Shown here in pieces: positions 38,185 through 47,850 of a stretch of 64,000 nt of DNA. The notes beneath the pieces were generated by a model that did no database searches, was not told where the DNA came from, and was given only the letters and a program-made list of their open reading frames with translations. Position 1 is the stretch's first letter, and each line of letters starts with the position of its first letter. Source of the DNA: a virus; the IMG/VR virus record IMGVR_UViG_3300020057_000029, positions 64,001-128,000 of that record, one strand, 5' to 3'. Both the position numbers and the translations under genes were made by a program.

Positions 38185-39618
38185 ATGAGCAAAAGGACAG
38201 ACATACAGATAATTAGACAGTATGTAGAGAAAAGAGGGTTTTCTCTATTGTCCAATTCTTACAAAAACAGAAAATCTGATCTTGATCTGCACTGCCCTGT
38301 TCATGGTAATTTTACCTCTACTTATAGCAACATCATACGGACCAGTATATGTCCCAAATGCGGCTATAGTTTTGGTGGTAACAAACAATCTCTGTCTCTG
38401 GAACACGTCAGGTTAGAAATAGTCAAAATGGGCTATGTCCCATTGTTTGACTCCTACAAAAGGGCCAAAGACAAACTGGAGATATCGTGTTCTTCCCATG
38501 GCAAATTCTTTGCAAGCTACGACGGCTTAAAACAAGGCAAAAGATGTCCAAAATGCAGTCTTATTTCTAAGACAAAAAACAACAGACTTGACATAGAAGA
38601 AGTAAAAAATAGAATAACAAAAGCTGGCTATTTGCCAAAATTTGAGTCTTACAGCGATTCTCAGTCGCTATTAAGCGTTGTGTGCCCTGTTCATGGCCCT
38701 TTCAAGGCGTCTTTAGAGAGATTTATGTATGGATACGGATGTCAAAAATGCTCTAAGGGAAGATCCAAATCTCAAGACGAGATGTTTGATTTTATACACA
38801 GTCTGAATGCAGACACTAAAGAAAATGTCAGAGACGTTATCGGCCCACTAGAGCTAGATGTCTATACGCCGTGCCTGAATTTGGCCATAGAATACTGTGG
38901 ACTTTATTGGCATTCCGATCTGTATAAAAATAGAAATTATCATTTCGACAAAATGACAATGACCAATACTGTAAATATTCGTCTCATAACAATTTTTGAA
39001 GATGAGTGGTTAGAACGCAAAGATCAGGTAAAAGGATTTCTTCGATCTGTATTGAAAAAGAATAATAGAAAAATCTTTGCTAGAAAAACAAACCTTAAGC
39101 AAGTAGGAAAAGCAGAAGCTTGTAAGTTTCTTGAAGAAAATCATATTCAAGGGTCTTGCGGTCTAGAAGTCGCTTTTGGCTTGTACTGTAGGGATGAGCT
39201 TGTAGGCGTAGTCACTGGCAACAGGCATCACAGGAATATTAAAGCAAATCAGCTAGTGCTCAACAGACTAGCCTTTAAATCAGGCATTAGCGTGACCGGT
39301 GGTTCTTCCAAGCTTTTGAGAGCCCTAATGGAATACTCTAAAAACAATGATTATTCCAAAATAGTTTCTTGGTCTGATAACAGATGGTCCGAAGGCAATG
39401 TTTATAAAAAGCTAGGTTTTGAGTTAGAAGAAGAGTTAGCGCCAGACTATAGCTACGTGAAAAAATCAAAAAGAGTGTCTAAGCAGTCTATGACCAAGAA
39501 CAAGTTGATTGAGCGGGGTGCCATTGGTAATACTGAAAGAGAAATGGCTATCAATCTAGGCTATGGCAGAATTTGGGATTGTGGAAAGAAAAGGTGGGCT
39601 TTAAAGTTAAAAAGATGA
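38185..39618 (+). mobile_element. Free-standing homing endonuclease (CxxHG Zn-ribbon repeats, Vsr-like/PD-(D/E)xK core, GNAT-like C-domain)
   Basis: 3 x C..HG...C.KC; ELDVY...AIEYCGLYWH; IFEDEW; RIWDCGKKRW. Confidence 0.75.
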
Positions 39619-39779
39619 ACCACGTATGATATAACCTAGATAACATCCCTGCTTTCTTTGATCTGATTGGTAAGCTTCAATGATTCATGACGAAAAACCT
39701 CTTTTAGAATATCGCAACAAATGGAGAACGCAATTCCTCCCCATGCCTAATGAGCGGGGTTTCCTTGCGTGAAAATTAA

Positions 39780-40589
39780 ATGATCAATTTTAAAGACTTA
39801 CCTCCTGAAGAGAAAAAAGCCTTAGCGGAAGAAATGTTCAAACCTCTTGAGTCAGCTGACAAACTAAGAGAATGGATCGTATTCTTCTTTGGTCTTGACA
39901 TGCCAATTGGACATATTGATCCAGATTCGAATTCCAGTCCAATTGAGGCAATGTGGGAGATCTACTCCTGTATTAAAGAAAATAAAGGTGAAGATAATCC
40001 TGGTTACATCATGCTTTCGGCGCGGGAAGGTTATAAAACGCTTTCTGCCTCCATTCTAGAAACCCTTCTTTTGGTACATTTCAGACTAACCATCGCTCAC
40101 CTGGCAGCGATTCAGGCCCAGTCTGCTAAGGCTATTCAGTATATCAATTTCTTTTTCAACAAAATCCAACCTCTTTTGGAAGTATCGGGTTGGTCTAAAA
40201 CCAGTGAAAACAAGAGTAAGGTAAGCTTTCGTACAAAAGAAGGCGATGACGCTTACATTCGCGTAATTGTGGCCACGATGGCTGGCGCTAACTGTATAGA
40301 TCCTGCTATGGTGCTTGATACAGACAGGGGCAATATTTCCGCTCAAGAAGTATATGATTTGGTCAGAAACAATGAATGCGTAATGGTCCTGTCTTTTAAC
40401 CATAAAACAAATGAGTTGGAATATAAAGAAGTCACCCACACATTCGACTCTATCAAAACTTTAGTCACGATAGAATTAGAAAATGGGTCAATTATCAAAT
40501 GTTCTCCTGAACACAGGTTTTACATAGAAGGCAAGGGCTATATGGAGGCCAAGGATTTGACTGAAGAGGATTATTTAAGTGTCAAATAG
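39780..40589 (+). CDS. terL: Terminase large subunit N-fragment plus split intein N-half (IntN 40293-40586, 98 aa)
   Basis: Walker A-like SAREGYKT; GAN|CIDPAM...IELENGSIIKCSPEHRFY...EAKDL then TAG. Confidence 0.88.
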   Translation: MINFKDLPPEEKKALAEEMFKPLESADKLREWIVFFFGLDMPIGHIDPDSNSSPIEAMWEIYSCIKENKGEDNPGYIMLSAREGYKTLSASILETLLLVHFRLTIAHLAAIQAQSAKAIQYINFFFNKIQPLLEVSGWSKTSENKSKVSFRTKEGDDAYIRVIVATMAGANCIDPAMVLDTDRGNISAQEVYDLVRNNECVMVLSFNHKTNELEYKEVTHTFDSIKTLVTIELENGSIIKCSPEHRFYIEGKGYMEAKDLTEEDYLSVK

Positions 40590-40765
40590 ACCGACAAGAC
40601 ATGACCTAGAGTTTGCGAGGGCGTCGGTGCGCAAAACAGTCTTGTAAGAAAAAGAGCTTGCTGATCAAAGGCGCTACAGGAAACACAGGGACAGAGATGG
40701 CCTTATCTTTAGGGTATGACCGCATCTGGGACTGTGGAAAAATAAGATGGGAGATTTTCTTGTGA
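40579..40765 (+). pseudogene. Internally deleted homing endonuclease relic
   Basis: 40631-40765 encodes AKQSCKKKSLLIKGATGNTGTEMALSLGYDRIWDCGKIRWEIFL*, closely matching the C-termini of ORFs 38185 and 55746; 5' stub MSNRPTRHDLEFAR in another frame. Confidence 0.85.
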
Positions 40766-42228
40766 AAAAAGTAAAGATAAAAAGTATTAAAAGGTCAAAC
40801 GTAGAGGTTCCAATGTTGGACTTTACCGTTGCTGATAACCACAACTACTTTGTGGAGCAGGCGCTTACTCACAATTCTGAGCATACAAACATGATGTTCG
40901 TAGACGAAATCGACGTGGTGGCAAATCCTCAAGCCTATGAAGAGGCTAAGCTCATTCCTGGTTATGCTAAGGGATTACATCCGGTTACCGTGAAGCTATC
41001 TACTCGTAAATTTGCATTTGGACTCATGCAGAAGGAACTTGACCTGGCTCCAATATCAGGTGATAAGATTCTTAGGTGGAATCTTTTAGATGTTACGGAG
41101 CGTTGCCCTGATAGTCGCCATAGGCCAAATGAGCCAAAAGAAGACCGGTATGTAGCAAAAGCCTTGCCTCTAAAACAGATGAGTGTAGAAGACTACTCAG
41201 ATCTACAAGATGTGGAAAAGGACAAGTTCGACCTCATTCCGCAAGCCCATGCTGGATGCTCCAGTTGCAAACTCTTGCCGGTATGCAAGACCAGGCTAGC
41301 AGCTCGTCCAGCCAATGATGTTGGCGGCTTGTTTAAGCCCGTAGGCGCTGTGATTAACACTTTTAAGAAGACCGGCCCTGATCGCGCAGAGGCACAGCTT
41401 CTTTGCTGGAAGCCATCCACTAAAGGAATGGTGTACCCTCGCTTTGAGTCCACACTCGATACCGGCAACGTGATCAGTCTTGAAAAAGCCTGGGAAACCC
41501 TTGTTGGTGATCCTCCTCATAAAAAGAAGATTTCAGAAGCCGATCTTCTTTGGAAGATGCAGCAGCTTGGAATTGCATTCTACGCTGGAGTGGACTGGGG
41601 TTATACTCACGATTTCGTAATCGTTGTTTTTGCCATAATCCCTAATGGTGAAATATGGATTGTAGACTGTTATTCAATGGCCGGTCTAGAATTTTCTGAC
41701 ATCTTGGAAATCGCTAAAGACTATCGCGATAAGTACCGTATGGATAAATGGTGGTGTGACCAGGCTATGCCTGCGAATATCAAATCTTTTAACAAGAACC
41801 ATATGAAATCTCCTTCTTTCACCAAAGATGTTATGGGTGGAATTGAATCTTTGCGTTCTAAGATCTTAGATGGTAACAGCAGGCGTTTGCTTAAGGTTTT
41901 TAATACGGAAAACTGTGAAAAAGTAATTACAGCCTTTCAAAAACACCATTTCAAGCTAGACAGTGCGGGTAACCCTTCTCTTATCCCAGATGATACCCCT
42001 GGGGTCGCAGATAGCGCCGATGCTATGCGTTACGTTGGCCAAAACATGTTTCCTATCCGTGGACCCCAGAAACCCAGTATGGCCGCTGACGCTACTGGGA
42101 ATACTGCTGTAATGGTTCAGAATGTCGAAAATTCCGAGCTGATGAAGCAGGAGCTATTAAACAGGTTAGAGGGAACAGCTTTTAAGGGCGGGACGGGCAA
42201 AAAAGGTGGGTTTCATTTTAACTTCTGA
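40762..42228 (+). CDS. terL: Split intein C-half (38 aa) plus terminase large subunit C-fragment
   Basis: GTG start after GGGAG (alternative ATG 40747); KKVKIKSIK...LDFTVADNHNYFVEQALTHN|S; Walker B MFVDEID; nuclease GVDWG and DSADAMRY. Confidence 0.88.
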   Translation: MKKVKIKSIKRSNVEVPMLDFTVADNHNYFVEQALTHNSEHTNMMFVDEIDVVANPQAYEEAKLIPGYAKGLHPVTVKLSTRKFAFGLMQKELDLAPISGDKILRWNLLDVTERCPDSRHRPNEPKEDRYVAKALPLKQMSVEDYSDLQDVEKDKFDLIPQAHAGCSSCKLLPVCKTRLAARPANDVGGLFKPVGAVINTFKKTGPDRAEAQLLCWKPSTKGMVYPRFESTLDTGNVISLEKAWETLVGDPPHKKKISEADLLWKMQQLGIAFYAGVDWGYTHDFVIVVFAIIPNGEIWIVDCYSMAGLEFSDILEIAKDYRDKYRMDKWWCDQAMPANIKSFNKNHMKSPSFTKDVMGGIESLRSKILDGNSRRLLKVFNTENCEKVITAFQKHHFKLDSAGNPSLIPDDTPGVADSADAMRYVGQNMFPIRGPQKPSMAADATGNTAVMVQNVENSELMKQELLNRLEGTAFKGGTGKKGGFHFNF

Positions 42229-42266
42229 CGCAATCTTAACTGTAATAGCTTATAGGAGGCTTTCGA

Positions 42267-43211
42267 GTGTCTAAATTTAATTTATTATTCTTTCTCAATG
42301 CTTACAAAGACGCTGCCTCTACAAACCAGCCAAATTTCCAGAACTTCAAATGGAGTAGGGAAATCAATGGCCTATCAGCATCAAAGCCTTTAAGTCAAGA
42401 ATTAAGCCTAGCTCCAGGTGAGTCTAAGACCGTCTTTGATGGCACCAGAGCTTTGTCCCAGGACGGCAGCACTGTCTACTCTTTGGCCTTAAAAGTCGGC
42501 GCATCCTCTATTTATGTTCTTAAGCACATTTCTGGCACTGCACCTGCTTTTCGTACAGCTCGCAGCTCAGCAGCTGACGCTACAACTCAAATAACAGTGA
42601 CTCAAAACGGTCCACTATTGATTTTTACATCGACTGGTGGCACAGCCCTTAGCCTGATCGCTGGCGGCGCTGTGGTTGGCGACTACGTTCGTCTAGGCAG
42701 CCTTTTTGATGTCAACAACCAAGGCGAATGGAAAATATTAGCCTTAACAGCCACCAGTCTTACTGTAAAAAATGATATTGGTGTTGCTCAGGGGCCAATC
42801 ACTCTTGCTGCTGGTTTTGATGATCAGCTTCGTGTTTACGGGGCCTTGGGCGTACAGGTAGATGACACCCTCAATATCACTGGTGGATTTTCAATTATAA
42901 GCCGCGATGCTTATAAGATCACTGCCGTTTCTGACAATCTTGTAGAATTTTCCAGTCTTGAGGTCTTGCCAACAGAAGCAAGTGTGACCACCAATGCTCT
43001 AGCTATTTACTCCGCTGCTAAGCAATTTGTATATTTAGAAACATCTGAAAAGGTTTCTCTAATTATCAACGGGATAGCAACAGGAGATGTTGAACCTTTC
43101 TTGGTAGGTAATAAGCCTGGTATTTTTGTTAAAACCGCAACAATGTGGTCTTTGGCTATCACAAATCAAAGCACTGATCCAGCATCTGTTTACGTTGCTG
43201 CAATTGAATAG
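42267..43211 (+). CDS. Probable virion structural protein
   Basis: AGGAGG RBS; beta-rich G/A/T/S composition; lies between terL and portal. Confidence 0.55.
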   Translation: MSKFNLLFFLNAYKDAASTNQPNFQNFKWSREINGLSASKPLSQELSLAPGESKTVFDGTRALSQDGSTVYSLALKVGASSIYVLKHISGTAPAFRTARSSAADATTQITVTQNGPLLIFTSTGGTALSLIAGGAVVGDYVRLGSLFDVNNQGEWKILALTATSLTVKNDIGVAQGPITLAAGFDDQLRVYGALGVQVDDTLNITGGFSIISRDAYKITAVSDNLVEFSSLEVLPTEASVTTNALAIYSAAKQFVYLETSEKVSLIINGIATGDVEPFLVGNKPGIFVKTATMWSLAITNQSTDPASVYVAAIE

Positions 43212-43250
43212 TTTGGTCAAAAGCGACATGATTACGATATAAGGTAGAAT

Positions 43251-45122
43251 ATGGACAATGACAACAAAACTCCAGACCAAATAGAAGCTGCAATTGTTGC
43301 TTTGCAATCTGCTGTAGCCTCAGTCGATTCTAAAAAGAAGATGTTGTTTACCGTTTCTGATACAGAAGAGGCTACCCTTGCCAAGGGTGGCTATGAAAGC
43401 TCTAGCCCCATATCGCCCTTGCTTGCTGCTATTAAAAGTGCTTCTGGTTCTGCAAGCAGGAAAGCCCCTCGTTTAGCTTTTACTGAAAACCCAGCACCTT
43501 CTGACAATTATCTTGGTCTGTTCAAATCCAAGCGCAGGCTGGTGCCTGATGAGATTTTAAAACAAATTCGCGTAACCGATCACTTGATCGCTGCTATCCT
43601 ACGTGCTCGCGGCAACATGATGAGCCTATTTGGCCATCCTCGTAAAAACAGATTTGATATAGGAATGGAAATCGCTATTAAACAGGAGTTTGAAAAAGTC
43701 TTTACTCCAGAGCAATTGGCCAAAGTACGAATGCGTATCAAGAATCTTGAGGCAGTACTCGTCAACTGTGGACACACAGAAGGTCTTGAACAACAAGATA
43801 GGACCACATTAGCTGATTTTATAGATATTCAAGCTCGCAATGGATTGACATTTGGTCGTTTTGCTACTGAGATTATTTATGATCGCGGAGAAGAACCAGG
43901 CTCTGATGGTCGTTTTCCATTTTTCCGGTTTCGCGCTCTAGACGTTGCTACTATTTATCGCGCTGTTCGCAAGGGTGAAATGCTAGGAAACACACTGCGC
44001 CTAACCGCAATCAAAGCTCTTCAGTCCTTGACTGGTGAGAACTTTAAGATTGACTTTGACAGGCTTCAAGAAGACGAATATGCTTGGCTACAGGTAATTG
44101 AGGGAACCCCTCGTCAAGCCTTTACGCATGATGAGATGATTGTTTACAATCTTTACGATTCTACCGATATCGAACACAATGGCTATCCAGTATCGCCAAT
44201 GGATACTGCGATCAGTTCTATTACTACCCATATTTCTATCGATGCCTATAAAAAGCTCTATTTTCAAAACGGTCGTGCCTCTAAGGGTATGCTTGTGATC
44301 AAATCTGATGAAGTAGATCAGGCTACACTTGACAACATGAAGCTTCAGTTCAACGCTTCTATTAATAGCGTAAGTAATTCTTTCCGTACTCCTATTTTTG
44401 GTATTGGAAAAGAAGACCAAGTTGACTGGTTGGCGATGAATGAGGGCGCTCGTGACGACGACTTCCAGTTCATGTACGATCAGATTGCTCGTAACATTCT
44501 TTCTGCTTTCAATATGTCTCCTGACGAGCTTCCTGGCTACTCACACCTTTCTCGTGGTACTAACTCGCAGACCCTATCTGAATCAAATAACGAATTCAAG
44601 CTTACCGCTGCTCGTGATACTGGTCTACGTCCTTTAATCTTGAAGTTCCAGACCTTCTTTAACGAAAAGCTTCTTCCTTTGATTGACCCTTTGCTTGCAA
44701 AAATTGCAGAGGTTAGGTTCGCTGGCATTGATGCTCAGTCCAAAGAGCAAGAGTCTACTCGATTACAGCAAGACATGGCTGTACACATGAATTACGACCA
44801 GACCTTAAAAGAAGTAGATAAAGAGCCTATCGGACACACTCTTGGTGGCGAATTCCCTTTTAATGAGCGTTGGCAGATTATTATAGACAAGTACATGAAC
44901 GTTTCTGAGCTTAGGGCTCAGTTCTTCAAAGATCCTACTGCTTACGTAGATCCCTTGCTACAATATAAAAGAGATCCCTTTTTTCTACAGAATCTACAAT
45001 TGTTAGCCCAAGTAAACCCACTTGCCCTAAAAGCTTTTTATGCGACTAAGCCTTTTGCCCTAGAATTCTTAAAAATGAACATCGAAGACGCCTTAGAAGA
45101 AGACGAAAACGTAGGAACCTAA
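43251..45122 (+). CDS. Portal protein
   Basis: GYPVSPM, YFQNG...GML, DDFQF...IARNILSAFNMSPDEL, GLRPL; follows terL. Confidence 0.85.
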   Translation: MDNDNKTPDQIEAAIVALQSAVASVDSKKKMLFTVSDTEEATLAKGGYESSSPISPLLAAIKSASGSASRKAPRLAFTENPAPSDNYLGLFKSKRRLVPDEILKQIRVTDHLIAAILRARGNMMSLFGHPRKNRFDIGMEIAIKQEFEKVFTPEQLAKVRMRIKNLEAVLVNCGHTEGLEQQDRTTLADFIDIQARNGLTFGRFATEIIYDRGEEPGSDGRFPFFRFRALDVATIYRAVRKGEMLGNTLRLTAIKALQSLTGENFKIDFDRLQEDEYAWLQVIEGTPRQAFTHDEMIVYNLYDSTDIEHNGYPVSPMDTAISSITTHISIDAYKKLYFQNGRASKGMLVIKSDEVDQATLDNMKLQFNASINSVSNSFRTPIFGIGKEDQVDWLAMNEGARDDDFQFMYDQIARNILSAFNMSPDELPGYSHLSRGTNSQTLSESNNEFKLTAARDTGLRPLILKFQTFFNEKLLPLIDPLLAKIAEVRFAGIDAQSKEQESTRLQQDMAVHMNYDQTLKEVDKEPIGHTLGGEFPFNERWQIIIDKYMNVSELRAQFFKDPTAYVDPLLQYKRDPFFLQNLQLLAQVNPLALKAFYATKPFALEFLKMNIEDALEEDENVGT

Positions 45123-45123
45123 T

Positions 45124-45903
45124 ATGAGTGAAATCAATTACAAAGTAAAATACGAACAGATTAAGCTTAAGTTCATGAGCTCCGTAGATATGGCCTTCCG
45201 TCTTGGTTATGAAAATGGCCAAAAAGATTCTCAGACGGAAATGGCTGCTGGACAACAGCAAGCCGCTGAACAACAGGCTCAACAACAATCTAACGCTGAG
45301 GCAAATGGTTTTGGTGGCGGCGAGGGCGATGATTCCGATTCCGATGGAGATGGAATGGGCGATGCTCTTCCTGGTCAATCTGGGATGCCTGGTGAAGGCG
45401 ACAGTGAAGACCCTAACCAAGACCCCAATATGGGCGGTGCTGGACAGCCTGGACAGCCTGGACTAGATGGTTCTGAAGCTGATCCTGAAGCTGCTCCAGT
45501 TGATGGTTCTGAGCTGGATTCTCACATTTCTCAACTCGAACAGATGACTATGGGAAAATCTGAAGTATCCGTAGAACAGCTCAAGAAATCTTTGATTGGA
45601 ATCAAACGTTTCAAAGAGGCTCGCGACCTTCACAAGTCTATGAATGCCATCAAACAGATCGGCAATACCATGAAAAAATCTACAAAAAAACATGCTAAGA
45701 AAATGAGCGGTTTAAAACCCACATTTAACGTAAACGCTAACAAACAAGCGGCTGCAAATCTTACCGACAAAGATAAAGCGGCAATCAATGGTCAAGAAAA
45801 AATCGTAGCAGATATCATGAAATCTTGGGATGAACAAGACAAGAAATCTACCAAGAAGATCACTGACATCCTCAATATCGAAGGTTTGACAAAAAAAGAA
45901 TAA
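45124..45903 (+). CDS. Head-associated low-complexity protein with several xxKS sites
   Basis: G/D/Q-rich linker; MGKS, LKKS, LHKS, MKKS, IMKS. Confidence 0.6.
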   Translation: MSEINYKVKYEQIKLKFMSSVDMAFRLGYENGQKDSQTEMAAGQQQAAEQQAQQQSNAEANGFGGGEGDDSDSDGDGMGDALPGQSGMPGEGDSEDPNQDPNMGGAGQPGQPGLDGSEADPEAAPVDGSELDSHISQLEQMTMGKSEVSVEQLKKSLIGIKRFKEARDLHKSMNAIKQIGNTMKKSTKKHAKKMSGLKPTFNVNANKQAAANLTDKDKAAINGQEKIVADIMKSWDEQDKKSTKKITDILNIEGLTKKE

Positions 45904-45952
45904 AACCTGCAAATATCTGGATCAAAGAAAACAGGTCTAAAGGCAATAGGAT

Positions 45953-46711
45953 ATGTTAGGAATAAGCAGTTCTGGTAGAGAACAGATCAATTCAGTTGTA
46001 GAGGATCATTTTGATACAATAGCTCTACATTTAATTGGTGACATTCCTCATCTCAAATACAAAAAACTACTTCTCATTAGCTCGACTAAAAATTACGGGC
46101 TTCCTAATCTATTTGTCCAGGCAATGGCCAACAGAACTCCTAATCCTATTGAACAGGATGTTCTTAAGAATCTTCTTGTCACTGTGCATGGTTATATCGA
46201 AGCGCTCAAAGAAAAGACCAAGAATAAAGTGGCTGAGCGTGTGGATGAAATTGTCAAGCGCTCTAAGATCAACAGAGAAAAGGCTCGCAAAGAAGACATT
46301 GAAGATGCTGTCCAAGAGGAGCTTAACAGTGCAAAAGCCCAGCTCAAAGCGATTGTGGAGTCCGAATCTACCAAGCTTCGCAATCTAGGCTCCCTAATGG
46401 ACATCTCTCACGTAGCAGCATCTCGTGGTGAGAGTGACCCTTTAGTATTCTTTGTAATAGTAAGAGACGGTAAAACCTGCAAGGAATGTTTACGGCTTCA
46501 TTTGAACCCAGATGGTAACCCTAGAGTTTGGAAGCTTTCTGAGCTCAAGCAGGGTTATCACAAACGTGGTGAAGACAACCCATCTGCTTTTGGAGCACAT
46601 CCACATTGTCGTTGCACCCTGACCTATATAACCCAAGGCTTTGGGTTCAAAGAGGGTAAAATTGCTTGGATCGGCGAAAAACATGATGAATTCAATAAGC
46701 AAAGAAAATAG
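45953..46711 (+). CDS. Mu gpF/SPP1 gp7-like minor head protein
   Basis: IVESES, D.KTCKEC..LH, HPHCRC. Confidence 0.75.
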   Translation: MLGISSSGREQINSVVEDHFDTIALHLIGDIPHLKYKKLLLISSTKNYGLPNLFVQAMANRTPNPIEQDVLKNLLVTVHGYIEALKEKTKNKVAERVDEIVKRSKINREKARKEDIEDAVQEELNSAKAQLKAIVESESTKLRNLGSLMDISHVAASRGESDPLVFFVIVRDGKTCKECLRLHLNPDGNPRVWKLSELKQGYHKRGEDNPSAFGAHPHCRCTLTYITQGFGFKEGKIAWIGEKHDEFNKQRK

Positions 46712-46999
46712 TTGGCCAATTATCGTAGGACCGCACGTAACGGGATCATGATTGTGTTTGCGTTGAAAGCTGTACATACTTTCGCAAAAAGCTTACTTAT
46801 CCGTTCTTTTACCGTGGGCAGCAATCCCGCGATGCTCAATTCGTTAAATATCTCTCTTTTAAATCTGAATTAAAAAATCCCTAAAAATTTTTTGCGAACC
46901 ATACAGTGTTTCGCAACATAGTCTAGCGGTTTTTAGCTCTCCACCAATAAATAGCCATTTCAGGGCAACTTGTAGGTTAAGTCTATAGTTATTGCCTTT

Positions 47000-47842
47000 T
47001 CATTTCTTTAGCCCAATTTCTTTCAGTCTTTGTTCTAGATATTCGCCTGCAGTATAGCGTTCTGACAAGCGTACTTCAGGCCTGGCGTGCATAAATAGTG
47101 GTGAAGAATACCTAGACTTGTTCGCTTCTTTGCCAGAAGGGTTTACCACTCTGTGTGTTGTAGATCTTAATTTACCAGCAGTAATTTCCTGTAACTGATC
47201 ACCAACATTCACCACCACAGTGCCTGGGTCTATGTCCAACAGATGCCATTTGCCATCCAAGTCTTTGACTGCAAGGCCTGGAGCAGATGCTGCAGGTAGA
47301 ATGGTGATCAGATTAATATCCTCATGAGGAGCCGCTCTTACTGCACCTTTTTCTGCGTCAGAAGGCAGAGGTGGGTAATGTAGCACGCGAAAAAGGGTGT
47401 TTGGAGACTCCGTAATCATGCTGGGCAGCATCAGGTTCTTGCCGGTACGCATTAGGTGTTCTACGTTGATTTGGGAAAGAAGGGTGGAGCCTAGGAGCTC
47501 AAGATCTTCAGCCAAATACATTGTGGACTTGTCGATTCCATTTGGTACGTTCTTGTCGAAGCCTGGACCAAAAAGGTGATAGAATTCTTTCAAATCCTTC
47601 ACGCTGTAGCCTTTAGCGTTCTCGCTCTTCATTGGGAAATAGCCAGAAGCCCCGCCATGCTCTGCTTTGAGATCGTGCTTCGTTTCACTGCCGAAAAATT
47701 TCTCCCACTGACCATACACTTCGCTTAAGCGTGAGCCTGAGATTCCATGATTGGTCAGAACGGCAAAGCCAGTCTGTTCGAGGGAGTTATAAAGCTCTTT
47801 ACGGAAGGTAGGGCTTGCTTTGCTGATTTTAGCGACTTTCAT
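47000..47842 (-). CDS. 2OG-Fe(II) dioxygenase, IPNS/DIOX family
   Basis: TGFAVLTNHG, HEDINLITIL (HxD), NVGD.L, THRVVNP, RYS. Confidence 0.9.
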   Translation of the reverse strand: MKVAKISKASPTFRKELYNSLEQTGFAVLTNHGISGSRLSEVYGQWEKFFGSETKHDLKAEHGGASGYFPMKSENAKGYSVKDLKEFYHLFGPGFDKNVPNGIDKSTMYLAEDLELLGSTLLSQINVEHLMRTGKNLMLPSMITESPNTLFRVLHYPPLPSDAEKGAVRAAPHEDINLITILPAASAPGLAVKDLDGKWHLLDIDPGTVVVNVGDQLQEITAGKLRSTTHRVVNPSGKEANKSRYSSPLFMHARPEVRLSERYTAGEYLEQRLKEIGLKK

Positions 47843-47850
47843 ATTGCTCC

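Noticed and set aside
40587-40762. terL as a pseudogene, stop-codon readthrough, or intron-containing gene
   Set aside because: The halves are in different frames and each has its own start signal and intact intein motifs; the spacer is explained by the endonuclease relic.
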